Shown here: in pieces, positions 43,614 to 54,194 of the stretch
How positions within the stretch are numbered: position 1 is the stretch's first letter
Layout of the letters: every line of letters starts with the position of its first letter
Assembly: GCA_963722735.1 (NCBI GenBank)
Contig: CAVROH010000016.1
Coordinates: 127,962-191,961, forward strand
DNA: 64,000 nt
Origin: an uncultured Chloroflexia bacterium
GTDB taxonomy: Bacteria; Chloroflexota; Anaerolineae; Anaerolineales; UBA11579
Direction: 5' to 3'
Made by a program: the position numbers and the translations under genes
The notes under the pieces: model-generated
Told to the model about the DNA's origin: nothing
Seen by the model: the letters and a program-made list of their open reading frames with translations, nothing else
Database searches by the model: none

Positions 43614-44739
43614 CTAGAGCTTCTTCTTATAGACCCGGTGGGTCTTAACCCACTCGGCGCCAAAGGTGAGCTGGTCGTTCATCGACCGGGTGTTCTCGGT
43701 TCCGACCTGCACCAGGTCTGCGTGCCAGTACTGTGATTCGGTGACCACGCGGGCCAATTCAGTGTACATCACGGCGTTTGCGCCGCGCCCCTGGTATTCC
43801 GGCAACACCCCGACTCCGTTGAGGATCACCCAGTCGGTGGTCTTGTAGGCGCGAAGGATATGATACCAGCCAAACGGGAAGAGGCTGCCGTTTGCCTTTT
43901 GCAGACCGCCGGAGATATCCGGATAAGCAAACACGAAACCAACGACCTCCTCATCCTTCATCACCAGGGTGATCAACCCTGGGTCGGCGATCTGGATGAG
44001 GTCCTCGGCCATCCAGGCAAATTCTTCATCCGTCATGGGGTAATAACCGGGGATTTCGACAAAAGCGCGGCGGTGCAAGTCTCCTATGGCGGGGACGATG
44101 CTGCGCAATTCCTGTTTGGACTTGAAATGCCGGGCATAAAAACCAGAGCGTTCAGCCATCCGTTTGGAGATGCGCAGCACCCGCTCGGGGACATTGCCTT
44201 CTTTCTTTCGGTGAATGTGCCCGGATAGGGTATCGCGGTACGGCTGGTAGTCGGAATCCTGGATACAGGCATCATAATAAGGATAGTTGTAAGTTACATC
44301 CAGGGCGGCACGCAGATCAAAGCCTTCCACGAGGACACCGCCGGCGAATGCACCCAGCAGTCCCTTGGGGCCGATAAATCGTATCCAGGCCGCGGGCGGA
44401 AGCCCATTCATCCACCTGGCGGAAGATCATCCGGGCAGCCTCGATATTCTCCGCAACATCAAAATAACCGATAAAAGCCGCTTTCTCCTTCTGGTAGCTG
44501 TTGTAAGCGGTATTCTCCATCACGCAGATGCGGGCAAGGACCTGATCGCCTTCCTCAACGATGAAGAAATCCGCCTCAGAGTGCTTGAAGAAGGGATGTT
44601 GGGTCTTATCCAGCAGCTTGCGCTGCCCAGCTTTGAGCATCGGGACATAATAGGGATGGTCCTGATACAGCTTAAAAGGGAAATCTACGAAGCGGTTGAC
44701 CTCGCGCTGGTTGGTGGTATCGATCAGGTGGATTTTCAT
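43614..44739 (-). CDS. ~375-aa double-GNAT-like protein, paralog C, with one apparent frameshift near 44372
   Basis: MKIHLIDTTNQREVNRFVDFPFKLYQDHPYYVPML ... ARGLDTIY joins to GPKGLLGAFAGGVLVEGF ... GVLPEYQGRGANAVMY. Removing one C restores the frame. By eye it is most similar to paralog B. Confidence 0.7.
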
Positions 44740-44849
44740 GGGAGGAATTATAACCCAGTCGATATACGAGAATGCCCTCCAAAATCCGTTGCTTGGCAAA
44801 GAGATAGTATAGAATAGACATACAACCTTAGATTGACACTGGAGATGCA

Positions 44850-46049
44850 ATGAGCGAAAAATACAAACTCTACGGATACCGCTGGGTCGTGCTGGCAGTT
44901 TTCATGTTCACCAACCTGACAATCCAGGTCTTGTGGATCTCGTATGCACCGATCACCGGGGATGCGGCCCAGTTCTACGGCGTCACCGACCTGCAGATCG
45001 GACTGCTCTCGATGGTGTTCATGATCGCATACCTCCCGCTCTCGATCCCTGCCTCATGGCTGATCGACACCTACGGATTCAAGATCGCAGTGGGGATCGG
45101 GGTGATGCTGATGGGCGTGTTTGGTCTGCTGCGCGGCTTTGCAGGCACGAACTATACACTGGTACTGTGGAGCACGATCGGGATCGCAGCAGCGCAGCCC
45201 TTCCTGCTAAACGCGTGGACGACGCTACCCGCCAAATGGTTCCCGGTGGAGGGACGGGCGACTGCTGTGGGGATCGTCACATTGGCGAATCTGGTCGGCA
45301 CGGCGCTGGGGATGGTACTGACTCCGGTGCTGATTGAGAGTATGTCGATCGCCAGAGTGCAGCTGGTCTATGGCGGATTTGCGGCTTTCTCATCGGTGCT
45401 GTTCCTGCTTCTGGCAAAGGAAAAACCAGCCACGCCACCTTGCGAGGAAGGCGGAGAAACCAGGGCATTGATGCTGGACGGGCTGAAGCACGCCCTGACG
45501 ATCAAACCCTTCTGGCTGTACCTGGCGGTTTCATTCATCGGGCTGGGAATTTTCAACGGGATCACAACCTGGGTGGAACTCATCATCCGGCCGCGTGGGT
45601 TTACACCAAATGATGCCGGCACTATGGGCGCATTGATGGTCTTGGGCGGGCTGATCGGGGCGGTGGTGCTGCCAGCTCTGTCTGACAAGGCCGGGAAACG
45701 CCAGCTCTATCTGATGATCGCCTTCATCGGCGCAATCCCCGGACTGGTGGGGGTCACCTTCGCAACCACACCACTGCTGTTATTCGGTTCTGCGGCAGTA
45801 ATGGGGTTCTTCCTGGTGAGCGCTTTGCCGATCGGGATGCAGTATTCTGCCGAGATCACCTACCCCACCCCAGAAGGCACTTCCAATGGACTGATCCAAC
45901 TGTTCGGGCAGGGAGCGGTGGTGTTTGTGTACATCATGGAAGCAATGAAGAGCTCTGACGGCTCGTTCACCCCTTCCCTGCTGCTGGCAATCGGTCTGCT
46001 GGCGCTTAGTGTGTTGATCTCGACCCAATTGAAAGATCCGGTAAAATAG
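44850..46049 (+). CDS. MFS transporter
   Basis: 399-aa ORF with ~12 hydrophobic segments arranged as two six-helix halves around a charged central loop. Confidence 0.8.
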   Translation: MSEKYKLYGYRWVVLAVFMFTNLTIQVLWISYAPITGDAAQFYGVTDLQIGLLSMVFMIAYLPLSIPASWLIDTYGFKIAVGIGVMLMGVFGLLRGFAGTNYTLVLWSTIGIAAAQPFLLNAWTTLPAKWFPVEGRATAVGIVTLANLVGTALGMVLTPVLIESMSIARVQLVYGGFAAFSSVLFLLLAKEKPATPPCEEGGETRALMLDGLKHALTIKPFWLYLAVSFIGLGIFNGITTWVELIIRPRGFTPNDAGTMGALMVLGGLIGAVVLPALSDKAGKRQLYLMIAFIGAIPGLVGVTFATTPLLLFGSAAVMGFFLVSALPIGMQYSAEITYPTPEGTSNGLIQLFGQGAVVFVYIMEAMKSSDGSFTPSLLLAIGLLALSVLISTQLKDPVK

Positions 46050-46062
46050 CAGATTACAACTG

Positions 46063-47022
46063 CTAATCGCCCTCAGAACTGGCACAGCGAAAACCGAAAT
46101 AATCAAATCGGGTCTCAGGATCTACCGATGGTCGGGCGGCTGCGCGGCAATAGGTGGGATGTGCATACCAACTGCAGCCTTTGAGCATCCTTTCACTCCC
46201 TTCAGGCGGACCGGCAGGATTGAAAACAAAGCCGGGCTGGTATTCGCCCATCCAATCCTGCACCCATTCCGATACATTCCCTCCAAGATCTAGCACCCCT
46301 GCCCAACTGGCTCCGGCTGGGAAACTTCCCACCGGAGATGTCTGGGGAAATCCTTCATCAAAGCGTTGATCGGCAAATGAAAGCGAGCAATTCGCGTCAC
46401 AGTAATTCAGCTTGGATCCATCAAATTGGTCTCCCCAGGGATAGATGGCGCTTGCCTCCCCGCGGGCAGCATATTCCCATTCGGCTTCGGTAGGCAGACG
46501 CTCCCCAACCCACTGGCAGTAACTTTGGGCCTCCTCCCAGCTTACACAGACGACAGGATGGTCTGATTTAGTTTGGTCTTCAAAAGTCGCATCGCCCTTT
46601 CTGCAAGTCAGCGGTGGGGCACAGACACCCGCGTCGACACACAACTGGTATTGGGCATTGCTAACCTCTGTCTGGTCGATCCAGAAATCATTCAGGGATA
46701 CCTGGTGCTGCGGACTTTCCCGCTGATAATACCAGCGGTTGCAGGTTTGATAATGCTGCTTGCACAATTCAATCGCGGCTTCCACCTGGGAATCCGAGCT
46801 CCCCATTTGGAAAACGCCGCCAGGGATGAAGACCATCAAGATGCCATCTTTGGGTCGGAGTTCGGACTCAGGATCAAGATCCTTCGGTGTTGGTGTGCTC
46901 AGAACCTCCACTTGCTGTTCAGCAGGCATTATCGCCGTATCTGATTCAAACGTCTCCCCCCGACAGGCGCTAATATTAAGCGCCAACATGAGGCCAAACA
47001 ATACTAATCTGCTTCTGCTCAA
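46063..47022 (-). CDS. formylglycine-generating-enzyme (SUMF1/FGE) family lipoprotein
   Basis: Lipobox LNISAC. The blocks GGVFQMGS, HQVSLNDFWIDQTEVSNAQY, VSWEEAQSYCQWVGERLPTEAEWEYAARG, GNVSEWVQDW and GFRCA are FGE-sulfatase domain blocks. Confidence 0.85.
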   Translation of the reverse strand: MSRSRLVLFGLMLALNISACRGETFESDTAIMPAEQQVEVLSTPTPKDLDPESELRPKDGILMVFIPGGVFQMGSSDSQVEAAIELCKQHYQTCNRWYYQRESPQHQVSLNDFWIDQTEVSNAQYQLCVDAGVCAPPLTCRKGDATFEDQTKSDHPVVCVSWEEAQSYCQWVGERLPTEAEWEYAARGEASAIYPWGDQFDGSKLNYCDANCSLSFADQRFDEGFPQTSPVGSFPAGASWAGVLDLGGNVSEWVQDWMGEYQPGFVFNPAGPPEGSERMLKGCSWYAHPTYCRAAARPSVDPETRFDYFGFRCASSEGD

Positions 47023-47178
47023 TAGTCACCACCCGATTCAATTTCACCCTGAAAGTTACTGGATTGAGATCCAAGGTATTTTCAGTATAGAGGATTTTTA
47101 CCGAAATATAAATTAGCCGATGATTAATCGGATGCGTCGTTTTCTGGGACCTCTAATTTCCTGTATAATAAATTCAAG

Positions 47179-48165
47179 ATGCCAACCAACCTGCCCCCAG
47201 AATATTTTGCGGTAGAAGAGAAATATAAAGCCGCACAAACGCCCGAGGAGCAGATCGAATTGCTGGAGGAATTGATCTCCACGATCCCGAAGCACAAGGG
47301 CACCGACCATTTACGCGCTGATCTGCGCAGGCGTCTCTCGCGGATGAAGGAGAAAAGCCAGACGCAGAAAAAGAGCGGTAAAGGGGCGGTTTCCCCTTAT
47401 ATCATCGACAAGGAAGGCGGCGGGCAGGTGGCCCTAATAGGGTATGCGAATGTGGGCAAGTCGACACTGGTGGCCGAGTTGACCAACGCCGACCCGGAAG
47501 TCTCTCCTCACCCGTATACCACCTGGCAGCCCACCCCGGGGATGATGATGATTGAGAATGTGCAGGTGCAGCTAATCGACACCCCGCCGGTGAACCGCGA
47601 ATTCGTGGAGCCGGAGTTCTATGTGATGCTGCGACGGGCGGATATGATCCTGCTGATGGTCGATTTGGAGGCGGATGCCCTTACCCAACTGGACGCGACC
47701 ATCAAGCTGCTGATCGAGAACCGGGTGGTGCCGATGCACCTTAAGGAGCAATTTGATGAACCGGGGAATAAATTTATTCCGCTGCTGGTGCTGGGCAACA
47801 AGTATGACGATCCATCCGCAAATGAGAATTATCACATCTTCTGTGAGTTGAGGGATGATGAGACCCCCTGCCTGCCGATCTCAGCGCTGACCAAACGCAA
47901 TATCGACAAGATGAAGCAGCGCATCTTTGATACATTGGCGATCATGCGGGTGTATTCCAAATCTCCGGGTGACGAACCAGACCACACTGCCCCATTCGTA
48001 ATCCACAAAGGAGCTACGGTGGAGGAATTTGCCCTCCAACTGCACAGGGATTTCTACGACAATCTGAAGTCCGCCAGAGTATGGGGCAGTTCGGATTTTG
48101 ACAGCCAGATGGTCAGCCGGGAGTACGTGCTGCATGATGAAGATGTTGTTGAATTGAAGATATAA
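47179..48165 (+). CDS. DRG/Rbg-like OBG-HflX-superfamily GTPase with a C-terminal TGS domain
   Basis: G1 is GYANVGKST and G3 is DTPP. The N-terminal helix HKGTDHLRADLRRRLSRMKEK resembles the DRG N-terminal motif. The TGS-like end is IHKGATVEEFALQLHRDF ... VLHDEDVVELKI. Confidence 0.75.
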   Translation: MPTNLPPEYFAVEEKYKAAQTPEEQIELLEELISTIPKHKGTDHLRADLRRRLSRMKEKSQTQKKSGKGAVSPYIIDKEGGGQVALIGYANVGKSTLVAELTNADPEVSPHPYTTWQPTPGMMMIENVQVQLIDTPPVNREFVEPEFYVMLRRADMILLMVDLEADALTQLDATIKLLIENRVVPMHLKEQFDEPGNKFIPLLVLGNKYDDPSANENYHIFCELRDDETPCLPISALTKRNIDKMKQRIFDTLAIMRVYSKSPGDEPDHTAPFVIHKGATVEEFALQLHRDFYDNLKSARVWGSSDFDSQMVSREYVLHDEDVVELKI

Positions 48166-48217
48166 ATGTAGGCAATCAGCAGTAGGTAGTTGGCGGCAGG
48201 AAAGCTGGAGGAACAAT

Positions 48218-48469
48218 ATGCCTGGATGGACATTACGAGAATTGGACTGCACCCACTGTGGGGGAACTTTCACCGATATGGAGGGTGACCTGATCCTGCC
48301 ATTGCCGCGGCTGTGCGATGCCTGCCTGATAGCCCTCTGGGATCTGTCCGACGAGGTTTTGGAAAGCCTGGAAATCAATGCGGCGAACCGAGGGCTGCTG
48401 AATTCAATTCGAGAGCTGCAATCGCTGGCGGAGATCCTCTCACAGCGGAAGCTCAACCGTGGAGATTAG
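48218..48469 (+). CDS. 83-aa zinc-ribbon protein
   Basis: CTHC (residues 11-14) and CDAC (33-36) are followed by a predicted helical tail. The gene lies 52 nt downstream of the GTPase on the same strand and is followed by a strong terminator. Confidence 0.5.
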   Translation: MPGWTLRELDCTHCGGTFTDMEGDLILPLPRLCDACLIALWDLSDEVLESLEINAANRGLLNSIRELQSLAEILSQRKLNRGD

Positions 48470-48483
48470 CCAAACATAGCAAA

Positions 48484-48510
48484 ACAGCCAGGAAAATGCT
48501 TCCTGGCTGT
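48484..48510. terminator. bidirectional terminator
   Basis: ACAGCCAGGAA (48484-48494) pairs with TTCCTGGCTGT (48500-48510) across a 5-nt loop. The hairpin is flanked by AAAA and TTTT. Confidence 0.8.
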
Positions 48511-48534
48511 TTTAGAGACTGTTATCAAAAAGGG

Positions 48535-49436
48535 TTAGTTCTCCAGATGCCAAATGTCCACATCGCTGAAATTGCAGCGGGTCCCATAATCCTTGTTGGA
48601 TCCGGAAGCCACTTGGTAAAACATTGAACCTTCGACCAATTTTTCACCATAGCGAAGGTCTATCCTCTCCAGGTCACCATTGAATACCTGGAAGGTTTTC
48701 CCCTGGGCGGTGAGAATAATGGCGGTGCTGCCTTTCATATGTTCAATTTGTCCCCAATTTGCTTTGGAGAGGATGATGCTATTATAGCCTTTGAGCAGCT
48801 GGGCAAAATTGAGCTTGCCATCCAGAGTGAGTTGGAAGTTATAAAATTCATCCATATCTTCAGTTACACGGAAAGCAATCCACAACCGGAGCGCAGTAAC
48901 TCTTGGCGCTTGTCGGAAACCTCCCAGGATACATCCATCACCATCACAAAATCCTTAACAAATCGAATCCGGGATCGGAATTGTACGGATAGTAACCGAT
49001 CTGGGCAAATTCTCCCTCATAAGGCGGAAGCTGCTGGAAGGTCCCGTCCTCTACTGGTGATGAATCCCTGGTCATAAAGATCCTGCACGACAGTGTAGAT
49101 GCTTTCAGCTGCTTCTGTAGCCTGGGCTTTGGCTATCTGTGTCCGTGCGACAAGGGTTTCTTGCTCACCTGCCAGCCGAGTAGCTTTGATTGCAGCGTCT
49201 GTAGCTTTTGCCATTTCTGTGGCTTCCTGGGCTTCACTGGTCTTGGCCAGTTCAGCCTCGTAAGCCAGGGTCTCGGCCTGCTGTGTACTGACGACATTGG
49301 CAGTCTTGGTGCTTTGGTCAAAAATTTCCGCAGACACGGCAGTTTGTGTCTGGGTAAGTTTCGAATCAGCCCCTCCACAGGCCGATACAAACACCAAAAT
49401 AAGCAGCACAGTAACAACAATGGTTCCCTTTTTCAT
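48535..49436 (-). pseudogene. lipoprotein of unknown function with the frame broken about three times
   Basis: Signal plus lipobox FVSACGG, then an Ala/Glu/Thr-rich helical region. After YDQGFITS the sequence continues in other frames: VEDGTFQQLPPYEGEFAQIGYYPYNSDPGFDL, then VKDFVMVMDVSWEVSDKRQ, then IAFRVTEDMDEFYNFQLTLDGK... (ORF 48535-48885). Confidence 0.55.
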
Positions 49437-49612
49437 CGAAAGTATTCTCCTTGTGCGGTTTGAGGTTGTTTTGGATGTTCTCCCAATATGGGAATTTTAT
49501 CACAATAGAGTTACAAGCCTGATGGTTTATTCCTTATTGTTATGTCCGCTGAAGGACCTAATTTTCACATTTGGATTAGAAGAAAACTTCGGACATTGTT
49601 CACTTATGCAGA

Positions 49613-50440
49613 TTAGACAGATCCTTGGTTGATGATCGCCTCATATCGCTTTTCAAACAAGCTCAACGCAAATTCATAGATTTCAATGTCGAGTTGAACC
49701 CTTTGCTTAATCCCCTCTATCACATTTGGATCGATCGCATCTCTTGCCGGTTTCCTTGGTGTAACATTCAACTTACCTTGCGATTCTGCTGGAGGATCCC
49801 ATTTCAGCAAATAGGACAATAACTTAATCGATCTGTCGTATTGTTCCGTAATGCCCAAGAACAAACATTCATTTTCCAATCGCTGTTTCACCAATTGGAC
49901 CAATTCAACGGTAGAATTCTCACTACGTTTGAATTTTTTCTTATCCTGTTCACGATAAATGAATTCGGAATCGACAAGATTATTAAATTGGTTGTTGGTA
50001 GTGATCTGGTCAGTTTCAGTGGATTCAACAAATTCCAATAGAGTGCAAGTGCCAGCAATTTCCTGAATCCGGTAAGCAAAATGCCTTTCTTTGATCGGTT
50101 TGGCGTTTCGTAAGAAATAATAATGGGAGATGACTCTCTCAATTGGGTCCCGCAGCATCGTGACCCACAATGGTCTTCTTCCTTCTGGAAACAGAGAAAG
50201 GAAATGGTACCCAAGATGCCCAATATAGAGCCGGATATTTCTATCTGCAGCTGCCGCACTGGCTCTTTTTACAGGATACCCTGTAGGAACATTGATCCTT
50301 AACGTTTCATCAGGGGTGAAATGGCTTTTAAGATAATCCTCGAACGAACGCCCAGCCGTTTTACCAATATGCAAAAAATACAAACTGTCATCAGGTGTGG
50401 GCTTGTACGGAATCTGATGGAATAGAGGTTTTTCAGCCAT
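49613..50440 (-). CDS. sulfotransferase-family protein (family-2 type)
   Basis: Read from the ATG at 50440 (MAEKPLFHQIPYK). The blocks FLHIGKTAGRSFEDYL and MLRDPIERVISHYYF match the PAPS-binding blocks of this family. The DNA is markedly AT-rich. Confidence 0.7.
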   Translation of the reverse strand: MAEKPLFHQIPYKPTPDDSLYFLHIGKTAGRSFEDYLKSHFTPDETLRINVPTGYPVKRASAAAADRNIRLYIGHLGYHFLSLFPEGRRPLWVTMLRDPIERVISHYYFLRNAKPIKERHFAYRIQEIAGTCTLLEFVESTETDQITTNNQFNNLVDSEFIYREQDKKKFKRSENSTVELVQLVKQRLENECLFLGITEQYDRSIKLLSYLLKWDPPAESQGKLNVTPRKPARDAIDPNVIEGIKQRVQLDIEIYEFALSLFEKRYEAIINQGSV

Positions 50441-50679
50441 AATATCCTCTCTGCGTGGATTAATATAGGATGTATTATACTCTGATAAAGAATACCAGGA
50501 TTTGGATAAAAAACCGATCTGCTTACCATATGCGAGACGATTCAACGATGGATCAATCTCTCGCTGAAGAGGAAAATAGATGATATGTGGAATATTGGCA
50601 AAATCATGCAACCGTTTGCATCGGTTTGAGGTAAAATAAATTAGCGCACAAGATTTATCTATCCGACACAGGCCGAAAA

Positions 50680-53600
50680 ATGAAAATAACGACACCCCTA
50701 TCCCCCACCCGTTCAGGGCATTTTGAGTTCCATATCTCGCGCAATGCACGGGATATCCATGAGTTCGACCAGGCGATTTACACCATCAACGGGAATGTGA
50801 TCCTGGCCGATTTTCAAGCCGCCCGGCTGTTCACCCAGAGACTAAATCAAAAACGCAGCCCCGGTACCCCGGCCTTCAAAGCCGGACAGGTGAATGCCAT
50901 GGGGCTGATCGACGAGATCCTACATTTGGTGGTCGGTATGTACAAGCAGCAAGTCAAACCCCGGGTAATGTCGGAAGCCCTGGAATGGGTCTCTTCCCGG
51001 TTGGGTGAAGAGGCCACCGACCAGGCCCTGGCAACATTCAGCATACAGTTCCCCGCCCTGTCAGTTTACCGCCAGGAACTTAACGAAAAGGAGTACTTCA
51101 ACGCCGAGACTGACGGGGTCCCCAATAAAGAGATCATCCTGGAAGAAATGCTGATGCTGTGGCTGGCCAACGCCAACCCAGCCTTCAGCCCATACGCCCT
51201 GCTGTTTGATGATACTGCGCTGAAAGAGAATTCGGTCTATTCCCAGATCATCGCCCAGTTGGACCAATTCTTCAACTACCAGCCGACCTTCGGGCCGCAT
51301 AACCAGCAATTGATCGCCATGCTGCGCAGCCCAGCGCTGGAATCCCCCCCACTCCCTCAGTGGACAGCTGGACTACATCCGCACCCACTGGAGTGTGATA
51401 ATCGGCGAGTTCCTGCAGCGGCTGCTCTCCAGCATGGACATGATCACTGAAGAGGAACTGATGCGCTTTGGACCCGGACCCGGCCCGGCGGAGGTGGATC
51501 GACTTCAATGCCTGGGGGCTGGGCGATGCTCCGGAACATTTCAGCGAGGACAGCGACTGGATGCCGCGCCTGGTGCTTCTGGCAAAGAACGCTTATGTCT
51601 GGCTGGACCAGCTCTCCAGGCAGTACCAGCGCCAGATCTCCCGCCTGGACCAGATCCCGGATGAGGAACTGGACCGATTAGCCAACCAGGGAATCACTGG
51701 GCTGTGGCTGATCGGCCTGTGGCAGCGCGGCAATGCCTCCCGCCGGATCAAGCAGATGATGGGCGACCCGGATGCAATCGCCTCGGCCTATTCGCTGGAT
51801 GACTACGATATCGCAGACGAACTGGGCGGCGCACAATGCAATCGATAATCTGCGCCAGCGGGCGATGCGACGCGGCATCCGCCTGGGTGGGGATATGGTC
51901 CCCAATCACATGGCGATTGACTCGCGCTGGGTGATCGAACACCCGCAGTGGTTCATTGAGTCTGGACCACGCCCCTTTCCCCGGCTACACATTCAACGGT
52001 CCTAACCTCTCCGGTCGCGAGGATGTTGGCATCTACCTGGAAGACCAATACTACTCCCGTAGCGATGCCGCCGTGGTCTTCAAGCGAGTCGATTTCTGGA
52101 GCGGGGAGGAACGATATATCTACCACGGAAACGACGGCACCAATATGCCCTGGAACGACACTGCCCAGTTGGACTTCACCAAACCGGAAGTCCGCGAGGG
52201 CGTGATCCAGACGATCTTGCATGTCGCCCGGCAGTTCCCGATCATCCGCTTCGACGCCGCCATGACCCTGGCCAAGAAGCATATTCAGCGTCTGTGGTTC
52301 CCCACACCGGGCAGCGGAGGCGCAATCCCCTCCCGGGCCGGGCATGGGATGACCCAGGAAGAATTTGACCGGGCGATCCCCAAGGAGTTCTGGCGTGAGG
52401 TGGTGGACCGGGTAGCCGAAGAAGTGCCCGACACCTTGCTGTTGGCCGAGGCTTTCTGGATGATGGAAGGTTACTTTGTTCGCACACTGGGGATGCACCG
52501 GGTGTACAACAGCGCCTTCATGCACATGCTGCGGGACGAGGATAACGCCAAATACCGCGACCTGATCAAGAAGACCCTGGAATACAATCCGCAGATCCTC
52601 AAGCGGTATGTGAACTTCATGAACAACCCGGACGAGGAGACTGCCGTTGAGCAGTTCGGCAAGGGAGACAAGTATTTCGGGATTGCCACAATGATGGCGA
52701 CCCTCCCCGGGCTGCCGATGGTCGGACACGGGCAGATCGAGGGCTACTCCGAAAAGTACGGGATGGAGTATCACCGGGCCAAGTGGCAGGAGATGCCGGA
52801 TCAAAGTCTGGTGGAACGTCACGCTCGGCAGATCTTCCCACTCTTCCACCAGCGGCGGCTGTTTGCCGGGGTGGAGAACTTCCTGCTGTACGACTTCTAC
52901 AGCACTTCCGGAAACGTGAATGAGGATGTCATCGCCTTCTCCAACCGGTTAGGCGACCGGCATGGATTGGTGATCTATCATAACCATTTCGGGGATACCC
53001 GCGGCTGGATCAAAACCTCGGCAGCCTATTTGGAAGGCAGCAACGGGGACAAGAATCTAATCCAACGCAATCTGGGCAAAGGGCTGAACCTGCCCAATGA
53101 CCCAAATGCCTACGCGATCTTAAAAAACCTGGTGACAGGCAAGGAATATATCCGCAATTGTGCTGAAGTGCACGAGAAAGGCATCTTCGTGGAACTGTTC
53201 GCCTACCAGACCTATGTCTTCATCGACTTCCGGATAGTGTTCGACTCACCGGATGGACGCTACAACCGGGTGAACGCCTATCTGGGCGGGCAGCCGACCG
53301 ATAGCGTGGAGGAAGCCTTGCAGGAAATGTTCCTCCAGGTGATCCACCAACCCTACCGGGAGCTTGTGAACGCCGGGATGCTGCGTTTCCTGATCGCCAA
53401 CCGGCGGGGCGAGGTCGATGAGAAGTTGGACAGCACACCACTGGACCAGGTGGAACAAAAAGGTACTTACCTGATCCGGGCAGTCTCCGGCTTCCTCAAT
53501 CTGTCACCGGATGCACAACCGATCGCTGATACGATTCGCCAGCGTACGGAGGCAATCCTGTCTTTGTCCGTATTGGGTAAAGACTACCCCTGGCCGCGCT

Positions 53601-54193
53601 CCAGGAAGTATACCGCCCTAACCAATCGAGTGACCGAAAAGTTGAATACTGATGTATTCAACTGGGCCGTTTTGTTAACCTCTGCACTGACCAATGCACT
53701 GGGACAGGTCGTGGGTAAAGATTGCCCCGAGGCGGCAAATGCCAGCCAGACCTGGATCGATGAATGGCTGCTACGCAATGTGATCCGCGAGAGCCTGGAA
53801 CAGCTGCCGGCCAGCCCGGCGGCAGCGGAATACGGTGTCAGGCTGGTACGGCTGCTGACCGGACAATGTGACTGGCGGCTGATCCCCTCCAGCAAAGCCG
53901 GAAAGCCGCGCACGGTGATGGCTGAGTGGCTGGCGGATCCTGGAATCCGCGAATTCCTGCGGCTCAATACCTACAATGGACTCGAATGGTTTAACCAGGA
54001 AGCGATGGAGACCTGGCTGGACTGGATGACAATTCTGGGTGTGATCAATGTGATCAACGATGAAAGCATCCCCGCCGAAGAAAAACCCAGACAGATGGTG
54101 CAGATCCACGACTGGATCCTTAGAATGGAGAAGGCCGTCAGCCTGGCCGAATACCAGGTAGGCAGCCTTGAAAACCAACTCAAAGGAAAGTGA
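50680..54193 (+). pseudogene. very large (~1160 aa) GH13 alpha-amylase-family protein with the frame broken four times between 51345 and 51965
   Basis: GH13 regions are GIRLGGDMVPNHMA (I), IIRFDAAMTL (II), LLLAEAFW (III) and NFMNNPDE (IV). The first break is at the C7 run at 51344-51350 (ALESP / HSLSGQLDYIRTHW). The others lie near 51490, 51830 and 51960. Confidence 0.85.
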
Positions 54194-54194
54194 A

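Noticed and set aside
51953-52849. 298-aa minus-strand ORF, together with the 239-aa ORF at 53771-54490
   Set aside because: Both are antisense to the GH13 and glgA genes, whose GH13 regions I-IV and KxGGL motif identify the plus strand as coding.
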